A program made the translations under genes and the position numbers. A stretch of 64,000 nt of DNA from Malacoraja senta (lineage: Eukaryota). Below the pieces are notes generated by a model. That model was not told where the DNA came from, searched no databases, and saw nothing but the letters and a program-made list of their open reading frames with translations. The DNA is taken from NCBI GenBank assembly GCA_038087875.1, contig CM075988.1, positions 4,464,001 through 4,528,000 on the forward strand. The letters run 5' to 3'. This document shows positions 11,946 through 24,165 of the stretch, one piece after another; position 1 is the first letter of the stretch; each line of letters opens with the position of its first letter.

Positions 11946-12394
11946 GTGGGAAGGTCACTGGTGATGCTTGTTTAAACCAAAGATAGCTCTGAAGAAGGGT
12001 CTCGACTCAAAATGTCACCCATTCCTTCTCTCCAGATATGCTGCCTGTCCAGCTGAGTTACTCCGGCATTATGTGTCTATCTTTACCTTTTGCTAATTAG
12101 TTACACCCAAATGGAATTAGAGGCAGTTGATGTTATTCCTAACAATATTCACAAACTGGTATAATCGGAACCCCCCCCCCCCCCCCCCCCCCCCACCGTT
12201 AATAGAGATGTGATTTAAAACATCACATTTAGTCATTATGGATATCTACTTGCTGAAGGCCTTTTAAGCTGAGGAGAGCATGAAGTTATCTATGCATGAA
12301 AAACTAACACCAGTATCAATGTCCTCTCCATTCTCCACAATGGAAACTCCACACGGGCTTCTCCCAGCCTCTGCTCATTGGTGAGACACGAGTT

Positions 12395-12910
12395 ACAGGA
12401 CCTTTCTGTCCTGGGCCTCCTCCACTGTCAGAGTGAGGCCCAACACAAATTGGAAGAAGAGCACCTCATATTTTGCTTGGGCAGCTATCACCCCAACAGT
12501 ATGAATATTGATTTCTCTAACTTCTCCTGGATTGGTTCCACCCTTCTCTCCCCCCTCCTACACCCTAGTCATCCCACTAGTTCCACAGTTTGCAAACCTG
12601 TAATCCTTGCTTTCCCCCTCTCTCCATCCCTTCCCCATCCTAGTTCTCCGACCAATCTGACTGTCCTGTTTAAGTTTTATATTTATATGCCTCGTTGTAA
12701 ACTTTCCCTCACTAACAGTGATCTATGCTACATTTTACTTGACCTTTGTCCCCTTTGATGTCTCGTTTTCATACCATACCCATCGATATCTCTGTGTCTC
12801 CCTCTCCCCTGACTCCCAGTCTGAAGAAGGATCTCGACCCGAAACATCACGCATTCCTTCTATCCAGAGACGCTGCCTGTCCCGCTGAGTTACTCCGTCA
12901 TTTTATGTCT
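12395..12910 (+). mobile_element. Penelope-like 3' fragment with tail
   Basis: DLSVLGLLHCQSEAQHKLEEEHLIFCLGSYHPNSMNIDFSNF followed by the hammerhead-like tail at 12821. Confidence 0.85.
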
Positions 12911-13689
12911 AGTTTAAATACTAGTTAAATTTGCACCAGTGGACCTGGCTGTGAATGGCCTGCGCTTCCTATGGAGGGACCTTGATTACCTGACTAGGAA
13001 TTGATGGGAACTGTGTCTGATGGACAAGAAACCACAGCAATTCTGCTTTCATCAAGATCCCTGATATTTTACCTCTTGTCTTTTCCCTGATGAACTAATT
13101 CAATCACTTCTCACTCATTCAATACAGAGGTCTTAAGTTTGGTTTTAACTTACTTTTTAATTAACTAATGTTCTTTTGGACAGAGTTTCCAATCTCACTG
13201 AATCTACCTTGTCACACTCTGAACATTTCATGCATTTAGAAAATATTAATCATCATAATTTGAAAACTAAACTTAATCTCTAACCAATCCTTCCTGCTCT
13301 GGCATCCATCAATTCCAGGTACCATCCCTGTTACCCTTTCCCCAGGGAAATGTCTGTTTTGCACAGCATTGTAACTAAATCTGTTGATTGTTATAATGCA
13401 ATAAAAAATGAACTGCAGATGATGGTTTAAACCAATGATTGCCACAAAATGCTGGAGTAACTCAACGGGTCAGGCAACATCTCTGGAGGAAATGGATAGG
13501 TGATGTTTCAAGATGGGCCCTTTCTTCAGGCTAGTTGTAGTGGGGGAGAGAGGGGGGGAAGGGGGGGAAGGGGGGAACGGGGGGGGAGAACTGGAAGCAA
13601 GAAAAGACCGGGATAAAATTATGGGTGGAAATAGATGACATCAGGCAGGGATGTTCCCTGATAGGCCAACTGTTGGCTAGCGACGGTGT

Positions 13690-14290
13690 GATTAGTTTAG
13701 TTTAGTTTAGAGATACAGGGCGGAAACAGGCCCTTTGGAACCGACCAGCGATCCCGCACATTAACACTATCCTACACACTGGGGACAATTTACAATTATA
13801 CCAAGCCAATTAACCTACAAGGCTGTACGGCTGTGGAGGAAACGGAAGATCTCGGAGAAAACCCACGCAGTCACGGGGAGAACGTACAAACTCCGTACAG
13901 ACAGCACCGAAAAAACGGCGACTGTCAGAGTGGAACACACACACACACACACATCGCTTCCTTCACCAGCCCGTGGAAAGTCGGGAAAAACCTCTTTATT
14001 TGTGAGATACAGCGCTGAAACAAGCCCTTCAGCCCACTGGGTCCACGCCGACCAGGGATCGCCCTAACACTAGCACTATCCGACACACTTGCGACAATTT
14101 TACAATTTACTGAAGCCAACTAACCTAAAAATCTGTACGCCTTTGGAGTCTGGAAGGATACACCTGTAAAAAACCCCACGCGGTTATAGGGTGAATGTAC
14201 AAACTCTGTACAGACGGCACCCGTAGTCGGGATCAAACCAGGGTCTCTGGCGATGCAGGGCAGCAACTTAACTGCTGCGCTACTGTGTCC
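13690..14290 (-). mobile_element. Two HE1-type SINE copies (13690-13910 partial; 14005-14290)
   Basis: Family consensus recognisable on the minus strand. Confidence 0.85.
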
Positions 14291-14671
14291 CCCTCAGGGC
14301 TACAGATGCAAGTGATCCTGATGGAACCTAAACTGAGCATAGGTGAGCAATGGATTGGTGAGCTGCTATTTAATTGATAACTTCTATCATTTTGATGACG
14401 ATTGAATATAGATTGATGGGAACAGGATTTAGCTGCATTGGGTTTTTTACTGCTTTTGATGAACAGGCCATACTTGCCTATTATGATTATTGATTAGAAT
14501 ATTAAAGGTGGAAAATAGCCTTAGTAGGACACTCCAGAATTGGCAAGAGGCATTGTTTTATCCAGAGTACGCATCTTCAGTTCAATAAGGATGAACACTG
14601 CAGTAATTGGGATGTAGTCTGGCCTGTGGCCATCACAGTATTCAAGTGCTCTCAGTCATTTCCTGGTGTCA

Positions 14672-15205
14672 GTTGGAGTTTGGGCCCCATATCTGAGGAA
14701 GGATGTGATGGCATTGGAGCGGGTGCAGAGGAGGTTTACCTGCTTGATCCCAGGGGTGATTTGGGGTATCGTACGAGGAGCGTTTGATGGCTCTGGGCCT
14801 GTACTCGCTGGAGTTTAGATGGATGAGGGGAAAATCTCATTGAAACTTACCGAATAGTGAAAGGCCTACTTAGAGTGGACGTGAAGAGGATGTTTCTAGT
14901 GGTGGGTGTGTCTGGGAACAGAGGGCACAGCCTCAGAATAAAAGGACGTATTTTTTAGAAAGAAGATGAGAAGGAATTTCTTTAGCCAGAGGGTGGTGAA
15001 TCTGTGGAATTCATTGCCGCAGACGCTGTGGAGACCAAGTCAATGGGTATTTTTAAAGCAGAAGTTAATTGGTATTTGATTAGTGAAGGCATCAAAGATT
15101 ACGGGGAGATGGCAGGAGAATGGGGTTGAGAGGGAAAGATAGATCTGACTTGATCAAATAGCAGGGCAGTCAATGGGCTGAATGGCCTAATTCTGCCCCT
15201 TTGTT
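14672..15205 (+). mobile_element. CR1 LINE 3' fragment
   Basis: cagttggagtttgggccccatatctgaggaaggatgtg...ttctttagccagagggtggtgaatctgtggaattc. Confidence 0.88.
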
Positions 15206-15289
15206 TCATGATCTTGTGATCTTATGATTTTATGAATGAATTGAATCGACAAAAGACAACCTTCTGTGATGGAAAGATCAGTCGGAAGT

Positions 15290-16030
15290 CAATCGAGCAT
15301 AATCAAGGACGAGTCTCACTGCCTCCTCTCCCTCTTCTCCCCTCTCCCATCAGGCAAGAGGTACAGAAGTGTGAAAACACACAACTCCAGATTCCGGGAC
15401 AGTGTCTTCCCAGCTGTTATTAGGCAACTGAACCATCCTATCGTCATCTAGTTCTTAACCTACCATCTACATTGGAGACCCTCGGGCTATCTTTAGTCGG
15501 ACTTTATTGGATTTTATCTTACACTAAATATTATTCCCTTTATCCTGTATCTGTACACAGGGGATGGATTGATTGTAATCAGTTTAGTTTATTGTCATGT
15601 GTACCGAGGTACAGTGAAAAGCATTTGTTGTGTGCTATCCAGTCAGCAGGAAGACAATACATGATTACAATCGATCCATTTACAGTGTATAGATACATGA
15701 TAAGGGAATAATGTTTAGTGCAAGGTAAAGCCAGCAAAGTCCGATCAAGTGTGTATGAAAGAACTGCAGATGCTGGTGTAAATTGAAGATAGACACCAAA
15801 TGCTGGAGTAACTCAGCGAGACTGGCCGCATCTCTGGAGAGAAGGAATGGGTGACATTTCGGGTAGAGACCCTTCTTCAGACAAGGATCAAGGAAAGTCC
15901 AAGGATCACTAAAGAGGTAAACAGTAGTTCAGCACAATAATCATGCATAGTCTTTCCGCTGACTGGTTAGCACGCAACAAAAAAGCTTTTCACTGTACTT
16001 CAGTACACGTGACAATAAACTAGCTAACTA
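15290..16030 (+). mobile_element. Rex1/Babar-type LINE 3' end with nested short inserts
   Basis: LFSPLPSGKRYRSVKTHNSRFRDSVFPAVIRQLN; tail cacgtgacaataaac at ~16006. Confidence 0.75.
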
Positions 16031-16374
16031 AAGATCATTCACTCATTTGGACATCCTGGATGAAGAAGGCTGCAAATGCTTCATTTATCTCTTTAGTAGT
16101 CACACGCTGGACCCATTTGTACAAAAGCATTTATATTTCCAACAATTACTGACTCCAGCAACTCCGACATGCCTGGAGTCAGTGTGGAAGTACCAGCTGC
16201 TCGTGTAGCCCTCCAGTCACAATCATTACCAAATCGAAATGTAGTGACTACTGCATGGGCAACACAGTGGAACATGTTCACCAGAAGGGCGGAATTGATC
16301 TAATACAGGAGAACTAACACAGCCGTCTGTCCACCACAATTTCACAGAGTACATTTGGTGGAGACAGAGAGTTA

Positions 16375-16688
16375 AGGGCCTGTCCCATTTACGCGACCTT
16401 TACAGGCGACTGCCGGCACCCAGCGACCAGAAAGACGCTACCACTCTTTGGAGACCTCTCACGCCCATAGGAGACCTCTCACGACCACGGTCATGAGAGG
16501 TCACCTGCGACATGTTGCCAGGGGTCGCCTGAATGGTCGTGAAAAGTCTCCTATGGTCGTGCGAGGTCTCCAAAGGGTAGTAGCGTCTTTCTGGACACTG
16601 CTGAATTTTCAACATGTTGAAAATTTTTCGCGACCTATCACGGGTGCTGGCAGTCGCCTGTAAAGGTGGCGGAAGTGGGACAGGCCCT
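16375..16688. mobile_element. PIF/Harbinger-type MITE
   Basis: TIR agggcctgtccca/tgggacaggccct; TTA TSD at 16372-16374 and 16689-16691; internal inverted repeats. Confidence 0.9.
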
Positions 16689-16732
16689 TTAGAGACTGGA
16701 AGACACAAAGAACTGAAGATACTGATTTATGA

Positions 16733-17225
16733 AAGAAGGATGTGCTGATATTGGAAAGGCTCCAGAGGAGGTTTACCTGAATGATCCCAGGGATGATTGG
16801 GTTAAGGCATGATGAGCGTTTGACGGCACTGGGCCTGTGCTCGCTGGAGTTTAGAAGGATGAGGAGGGACCTCATTGAAACTTACCGAATAGTGAAAGGC
16901 ATAGACTGGATGTGGAGAGGATGTTTCCACTCGTGGCAGAGTGTAGGACCAGAGGCCACAGCCTTAGAATAAAAGAACGTAGAAAGGACAAGAGGAGGAA
17001 TTTCTTTAGCCAGAGGGTGGAGATTCTGTGGAATTCATTGCCACAGTTCGCTGTGGAGACCAAGTCAATGGATATTTTTAAGGCAGAGATTCTTGAGTAG
17101 TACGGGTGTCAGGGGTTATGGGGAGAATGCAGAAGATTGGGGTTGAGAGGTAACGATAGATCAGCCCTTATTGAATGATTGAGTAGACTTGATGGGCCGA
17201 ATGGCCAATTTCTGTCCCTATAGCA
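16733..17225 (+). mobile_element. CR1 LINE 3' fragment
   Basis: MIPGM..ERLTALGLCSLEFRRMRRDLIETYRI..NFFSQRVEILWNSLP. Confidence 0.9.
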
Positions 17226-17701
17226 TATGCGTATGAAGATACACACAAAGCGCTGGAGTAACAGTGCGTCAGGCAGCATCTCTGGAGAACATGGTTAGGC
17301 CCTAAGGTCCTTCCAAACCCTCCCTGTGTTTGAGGACCACCTCATATTCTTCCTTTCCTCATTCATCTCCTATTCCATCCCAAGGTCTTTCGCACATATA
17401 TGGGCTTTCCCATCACATTGTTCAAGCATTGCTTAAAGGGTCCCTACCTCAGTGGGCCCCAGTTGCAGGGTGAGGACTCATCTCGTTGACACGACTCACA
17501 GTGAGCTTAAGATGATATTAGGACAGGCCTATGGATCAGGAAGTTTTAGTGGGGTATAGTTTCGAGTGTAGCTGCTGGGTATCTTGGCTTTCAGTCAGCA
17601 GCTCTGGAGAAAAATAATAGGTGGCGTTTCAGACTGAAGGTTCCGACCTGAATCGCCATCTATTCTTTTTCTCGAAAGATGTTGCCTGACCCGCTGAGTT
17701 A

Positions 17702-17938
17702 AAGGCCTGTCCCACTTTCACGACCTAATTCACGACCTCTGCTGAGTTTGCCCTTGATTCATACTCGCAGCATGGTCGTCACAAGGTCGTCGGAGGTCAT
17801 AGGTAGGTCGTAGCAGGCAGTGATGCTAGTCGTGGGTACTCGTGGCATCAAGTAGATCGGGGCGTTTTTCTAGCAAGATGAAAAATGGCCACGAGTAAAA
17901 AAGGTTGTGAATTAGGTCGTGAAAGTGGGACAGGCCCA
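17702..17938. mobile_element. PIF/Harbinger-type MITE inserted in a Penelope tail
   Basis: TIR ggcctgtcccactttcacgacctaattcac; TTA TSD at 17699-17701 and 17939-17941 within gctgagTTActccagc. Confidence 0.9.
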
Positions 17939-17989
17939 TTACTCCAGCATTCTGTGTTATCTTCAGTATAAACCAGCATCTGCAGTTTT

Positions 17990-18352
17990 AGAGATTTTAG
18001 AGGTACAGCTCAGAAATAGGCCCATTGACCCACCGAGTCCACACCGACCAGCGATCACCCCGTACGCTAGCACTATCCAACATGCTAGAGAATTTACAAT
18101 CTTCTACCGAAGCCAATTAACCTACAATCCTGTACGCCTTTGGAGTGTGGGAGGAAATGGGAGCACCCTGGATATTGATTTTAGATGATCAGCCATGATC
18201 ATATTGAATGGCGGTGCTGGCTAGAAGCTGTTTCTATGCTTCTACGTGGACACAGGGAGAACGTATAAACTCCGTACAGACAAGCACCCGTAGTCAGGAT
18301 CGAACCCGGGTCTCTGGTGCTGTAAGGCGGCAAATCTACCACTGCGCCACTG
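17990..18352 (-). mobile_element. HE1-type SINE interrupted by a CR1 tail
   Basis: SINE consensus broken at ~18170-18245 by gatcagccatgatcatattgaatggcgg. Confidence 0.8.
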
Positions 18353-18611
18353 TTCCTTTCAACACATCTCGGCTGGCACGATGAGATGGGCTGAAGGGTC
18401 TATTTCCATGCTGTATGACTCTATGACTAGGAGTCAGTAATCCACTTGCGTAGTTCTGGTCACAAGCACCATAACTGCTGGCCTCTCACTATCTAGGAAG
18501 GCTCCCTTGTTTATTACCCACATCCCATCAGCTACTCATCCTCACTCCATTCAGTCCCAGACTTCCTAATTGGCTTGAACTCCCCAGCTAATCATTAATC
18601 AAATAGTTTCA

Positions 18612-19620
18612 GGGTGCGGCACAGTGGCGCAGCAGGTAGAGCTGTTACCTTAGGGGGCTAAAGACTTGGGCTCGATCCTGTCTGTGTGGCATTTTCACCA
18701 CCCAACAATGACCGTGTGGGTTTCCTCCAGGTGCTCCGGTTTCCTTACACATCGAGTCATAGAGACGTAGAGTTATGGAGTGATACAGCATGGAAGCAGG
18801 CCCTTTGGCGCAACTTGCCCACACCGGCCAACATGTCTCAGCTACCATAGTCCCATCTGCGTTTGGTTCATATCCCTCCAAACCTGTCCTATCCATGTAC
18901 CTGTCTAACTGTTTCATAAATGTTGAGATAGTCCCAGCCTCAACTACCTCCTTTGGCAGCTTGTTCCTTACAACCACTACCCCTCAGATTCCTATTAAAT
19001 CTTTTCGCCTTCACCTTAAAGCCATGTCCTCTGGTCCTCGATTCACCTACTCTGGGCAAGAAACTCTGTGGATCCACCCGATCTGTTCCTCTCATGATTT
19101 TATGCCGCTCTGTAAGATCACACCTCATCCTCCTGCGCTCCAACGAATAGAGACCCAGCCTACTCAACCTCTCCCTATAGCTCAGACCCTCAAGCCCTGA
19201 CAACATCATTTCTATAACCTAGTGCCCAGAGCTGAACACAATACTGTAAATGCGGCCACACCAATGTCTTATACAACTGCAACATGATCTCCCAACTTCA
19301 ATACTATACATCCCAAAGACGTGTAGATTCATATGTCAATTGGACTCTGTAAATACCCCTGGTGTGTAGGGAGTGGATGCAAACTTGGGAAAGCATAGAA
19401 CTAGTGTGAATGGGTGATCAGTGGTTAAGTGGAGATAGTGGGCCAAAGGGCCTGTTGCCATGGAGATAGTGGGCCAAAGGGCATGTTGCCATGGAGACAG
19501 TGGGCCAAAGGGCCTGTTGCCATGGAGATAGTGGGCCAAAGGGCCTGCTGCCATGGAGACAGTGGGCCAAAGGGCCTGTTGCCATGGAGACAGTGGACCA
19601 AAGGGCCTGCTGCCATGCTT
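18612..19620. mobile_element. HE1 SINE (+) interrupted by a CR1 fragment (-, 18755-19305)
   Basis: SINE head 18612-18750 resumes at ~19308 (acatcccaaagac); minus-strand GLEGLSYRERLSRLGLYSLERRR lies between. Confidence 0.82.
19432..19617 (+). repeat. 31-bp minisatellite, 6 copies, derived from the SINE tail
   Basis: Unit gagatagtgggccaaagggcctgttgccatg. Confidence 0.95.
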
Positions 19621-20699
19621 TATCTTTATCAATTAATTGTTTTCAAGTAGGGATGTTTGTTGATTGAAAAAAGTTAAATTCCATTCGCAGTTGCTCAATA
19701 ATTGAACACACCCATGCTTGAATACAGCAAGATCCCGACAACATATAGGGATAGACACAAAATGCTGGAGTAATTCAGTGGTTCAGGTGGGCATCTCTGC
19801 AGAAAATGTGATGTTTCGAGTCGACTCTCAGTCAGAAAAAGTTTCTCGACCCGAAACGTCACCCATTCCTTTTCTCCAGAGATGCTGCCTGTCCCACTGA
19901 GTTAATCCGGCATTTTGTGTCTAACTTCGAATGTAAACCAGCATCTGCAGTTCCCTCCTGAACATCTATGGATGGGTTGATATGTAGAAAGTGGCATTCC
20001 AGCTGTATTTTTCAATGAAGTCCATCAATCAAGCAGGATCATATATGTTCACCTATCCTCTCTCCGCTCCCTCCCCCACCATCAATGGGCTCTGTCCCTG
20101 ACGGCCCCTTCTTATGGTCTATTTGAGCTTCAAACATAGGTAACTCCATTGGGGAGGAAGAAAAAGTCAAGTCAAGTCAAGCTTTGCGGCATGAACGCTG
20201 ATTTCAAGTAACCCTTACATACCTCTCTCCCACCGCCCCCCACCCCCAAACCCCCACCCTAGTCATCCTACTAGTTCCACTGTTCGCATCCCTTCATGAA
20301 GATCTCTTCCACAGCCAACAATGGGCCATGATGGGCTCCACCCTTCCTTGGTCATCTATTGCCAGCCCTGATTTGTTCTGGCCTATTCTTAACTCCAGTT
20401 CCTCCCTCCCCCCCCCTCCCCTATATTCAGTCTGAAGAAGGGTTCCGTTCCGAAGAGATGCTGCCTGGCTCGCTGAGTTACTCCAGCACTTTGTGTCTAA
20501 CTTCTACTCAAGTCAAGTTGAGCTCATGGTAGTTTGCACAGAGATGTTGAGATACAAGGACATTGAAAATCTGGCCTGCAGCAATATCACTGGCATAGAG
20601 ACTCAGACGTCACTTACCTCGATGGAGATGCGACTTTCTCAGTGTCTCATCACCGAACCCCCCTTCCTCCCCCCCCCCCCCCCCCCCCTACCCCCGGCC

Positions 20700-21145
20700 T
20701 AACAACTGGAGCGGTGCGGCCTTTCCTGGAGACCGGCATGAAGCTTCAAGCCAGAAGAAGTGCTCCAAACGCGGGGCCTGTGGACTTTAACACCGTGAAG
20801 CCGCGGTCTCAGGTAATATGTGGCCGACTCGGGAGCTCCATGTTCCGATCCATCCCGACATCGGAGTTTCGATCATCCCAACGAGAGGCCCGAAAATCGG
20901 ACCGTCTGTAGCGGCGAACTGTGGAGGGTTCAAAGGCCCCGACCACGGGTGAACAAAGGAGGAAGATGACTGAACTTTATTGCCTTCCATCACAGTGAGG
21001 AATGTTGATTCCACTGTGGTGGATGTTTATGTTAAATTTTATTTTATGTGTGTATTGTGTTCTTTTCACTTAGTATGGCTGTATGGTAACTCAAAGTTCA
21101 CTGTACATTAACTGGTTAATTGACAATAAATGCAAATTTAACTTG
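20700..21145 (+). mobile_element. GC-rich retroposon 3' portion
   Basis: CpG-rich body, gccttccatcacagtgaggaat motif resembling the start of the window, tail gacaataaatgcaaatttaacttga. Confidence 0.55.
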
Positions 21146-21259
21146 AAAATTATGTAAACTACACATAAATCTGCAAAAAAAGTAAAAAGAAAAAGAATGC
21201 GTGAGTAAACAGAAAAAAGAAAAAATATTACTGCAAAATATGCTTATTAAAGGAAATCG

Positions 21260-21680
21260 TAGTGGTGCAGACTTGCTGTTGCATCACAGTGCCTGAGATC
21301 CAGGTTTGATCCTGACCTTGGGTGCTGTCTGTGTGGAGTTTGCATGTTCTTCCTGTGACTGCGTGAGTTTCCTCCGGGTGCTCCGGTTTTCTCCCACATA
21401 CCTAATGACGTGCGGGCTTGCAGTTCTTCAATTTGGCCTCTGTGGAATTGGCTCTGATGCTCAGGAAGTGAATGAGAAATTAGGTTAACAGAACTAGTGT
21501 AAACAGGTGATCAATGGTCAGTAGACTCCAAATGCTGGAGTAACTCAGCGGGACAAGCAGCATCTCCGGAGAGAAGGAATGGGTGACGTTTCGGGTCAAG
21601 GTCCTTCTTCAGGCTGATCAATGGTCAGTTTGGACTCAGTGGGCCAAAGGGCCTGTTTCTAAGCTGTATCTCTAAATAAA
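21260..21680 (+). mobile_element. HE1-type SINE interrupted by an inverted Penelope tail
   Basis: tgatcaatggtcagt duplicated at 21508 and 21615 around the insert. Confidence 0.82.
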
Positions 21681-21700
21681 GTTCATGCTACTGTGAGAGT

Positions 21701-21787
21701 GGGGATCATGACAGAAGCCTCCTCGTGGCGATCCCGGAAACGACGACATGATGCACTCTGTGATGTGTCGGGTGACTAATTCTGTCA
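21701..21787 (+). ncRNA. HDV/CPEB3-like self-cleaving ribozyme (predicted)
   Basis: P1 (G)GGGAUC/GAUCCC; P2 UGACAGAA/UUCUGUCA; P3 GCC/GGC; L3 UCCUCGU; P1.1 CC/GG; P4 CGAC-ACAU/AUGU-GUCG; J4/2 CUAA with candidate catalytic C21776. Confidence 0.85.
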
Positions 21788-21850
21788 ACGTGTTGGACGA
21801 CGACAGAAGCCAACAGCGAGCTACACGTCGTCTGACACACGAGCGAACGA
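21701..21850 (+). mobile_element. 150-bp non-autonomous Vingi-derived retroposon
   Basis: 11-bp TSD actgtgagagt at 21690-21700 and 21851-21861; 3' 20 nt gtcgtctgacacacgagcga identical to the end of the Vingi fragment (reverse complement of 11413-11432). Confidence 0.85.
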
Positions 21851-21956
21851 ACTGTGAGAGTTGGTTCTCAATGTTCTGGTGCTGAGTTAGAATGAGAGTT
21901 GTGCTCTATTGAACGTGAGTTTGATTTGATTGTATCTATATATGCTTATCTGATCT

Positions 21957-22168
21957 GTGTAGGAATTAACTGCAGATGCTGGTTTAAATGGAAGTTAGAC
22001 CCAAAAGGCTGGAGTAACTCAGCAGGACAGGCAGTCTCTCTGGAGAGAAGAAATGGGTGTTGTTTTGATTCGAGTCTGAAGAAGGGTTTCGACCAGAAAC
22101 GTCACCCATTCCTTCTCTCCAGAGATGCTGCCTGTCCTGCTGAGTTACTCCAGCTTTTTGTGTCTATC
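21957..22168. mobile_element. Palindromic Penelope-tail mini element
   Basis: Head-to-head inverted copies of the tail (gctggagtaactcagcaggacaggca / tgcctgtcctgctgagttactccagc) around a hammerhead-like core at 22076. Confidence 0.8.
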
Positions 22169-23440
22169 TGTTTGGATAGCATGCAAAACACAGCTTTCCA
22201 TTGCACCTCAGTGCAAGTGACTATAATAGACATTGCCCTAACTGCAGATACTGGATTGTCGAGCGAAATACGAAATGCTGGCGAAACGGATGGACGTGGA
22301 TGGGGATGAACAGAAGGGAAGATCGGTGCTCGTGAACGGTCTGGGTTCTCCGAGCCAGCTCCGAGAGGAAAGATGGAGGCACGGAAGCTGAGCCATTTCC
22401 ATCGGAGGCGAAGGATGGTGCATTCATGAGCCGATGTTGAGGAGACTTCTGAATGGGTCGAGTCGGTGGAGTGGGCCGCTGGAAGCCTTGCAGAAGCCTG
22501 GGGCTCCATTAGACCGTGTGCCACTGAAGGCCCTGCAGAAGCCTGGGGCTCCATTAGATCAGGCTCTGTTGCAAGTGGACGTGGCCTGCAGCGGCGGGTA
22601 GCGGAGGAGAAGAGATGGAGGCACATCGCTTGACCAGGCCATTCCCTGAAACTTCGACCCTGTGCCAGCACCAGGACAATGAGCCTTTATGCCCAAGTTA
22701 ATACTCTCCAACATTTTACTTGACATTGAGGGGCTTAAGATGGTGCCTAAAATGTGGTGACTCTTGTGTGCTGACTCCAGTTTGGTCTATTATCTTGCAC
22801 TCTTACACTTGGTCGGAAGAAGGGTTTCAACCCAAATCATCGCTTATCCATTATCTCCACGGATGCTGCCTGATCTTCTGAGTTTCTCCAGCATTTTGCG
22901 TTTTGATTAGGTTGTGAATGTCGGTTCAAGAACCGGATGACTGCAGGAAAGTAGCTGTTGCTGAACATGGTAGTGTGGGGACTTCAGGCGTCTGCACCTG
23001 CTGATGGGCAATGCATGGATTTAAGAGAGAGTTAGATAGAGCGCTAGGGGCTAGTGGAGTCAAGGGATATGGGGAGAAGGCAGGCACGGGTTATTGATAG
23101 GGGACAATCAGCCATGATCACAATGAATGGCGGTGCTGGCTCGAAGGGCCGAATGGCCTCCTCCTGCACCTATTTTCTATGTTTCTATGTTTCTATGAAG
23201 TCTGGGTGTTAGGCCCGATGCGTCACCCAGTAAAAACAGAAGATGGCTTTTGAGAGATACAATATAGAAATAGGCCCTAGAGGTGGTAGAGCTGCTGCCT
23301 TACAGCACCAGAGCACCGGGTTTGATCCTGACTGTCGTTGCTGTCTGCACAGAGTTTGTACATTCTGCCTGTGACCACGTGGGTTTTTCCGAGTGCTCCA
23401 AAAGACATACTCCAAAGGTTTGTAGGTTAATTGGCTTTGG

Positions 23441-23640
23441 NNNNNNNNNNNNNNNNNNNNNNNNNNNNNNNNNNNNNNNNNNNNNNNNNNNNNNNNNNNN
23501 NNNNNNNNNNNNNNNNNNNNNNNNNNNNNNNNNNNNNNNNNNNNNNNNNNNNNNNNNNNNNNNNNNNNNNNNNNNNNNNNNNNNNNNNNNNNNNNNNNNN
23601 NNNNNNNNNNNNNNNNNNNNNNNNNNNNNNNNNNNNNNNN
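23441..23640. other. Assembly gap (200 N)
   Basis: Run of n; a SINE is cut on the left and a poly(A)-tailed retroposon end lies on the right (AATAAA then A-run to ~23757). Confidence 1.
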
Positions 23641-23721
23641 AAGGGAGTACATTAATTGTAAGAAGATATAAATGACGAGTATTAATGTATGTGGCTGTGA
23701 TGTAATGTACTTCTAATAAAT

Positions 23722-23761
<40 letters not shown>

Positions 23762-24165
23762 AATTGGGAGGCTTAAACATAGTTTCATTAAGTCAATGCA
23801 AAAAGTAACAAAAAAAATGTGACAGTCTGTCCTGATATCAATGAGGACAACATCAATAAGTAGGAAGGAACTGCAGATGCTGGTTTAAACTGAAGATAGG
23901 CACAAAAAGCTGGAGTAACTCAGTGGGCCAGACAGCATCTCTGGAGAAAAGGAATTGTTGACGTTTATGGTCGAGACCCTTCTTCCTTGTGGCAGAACTC
24001 TCGCCAGAGGGAGGAGGAGAGCTTCTTCAAAGTTGGCATACTTTGAGGAGATTTTGCAGTGGACCAGATGAAATGTGTAGGAAGGAACTGTAGATGCTGG
24101 TTGAAACCGAACCGAAACGTCACATATTCCTTCTCCCCAGCGATGCTGTCTGGCCCGCTGAGTTA

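Noticed and set aside
16097..16303. Open frame after an AG acceptor (SHAGPICTKAF...)
   Set aside because: No recognisable protein and no supporting neighbouring exons
23209..23788. ORFs spanning the N run
   Set aside because: Artefacts of the assembly gap
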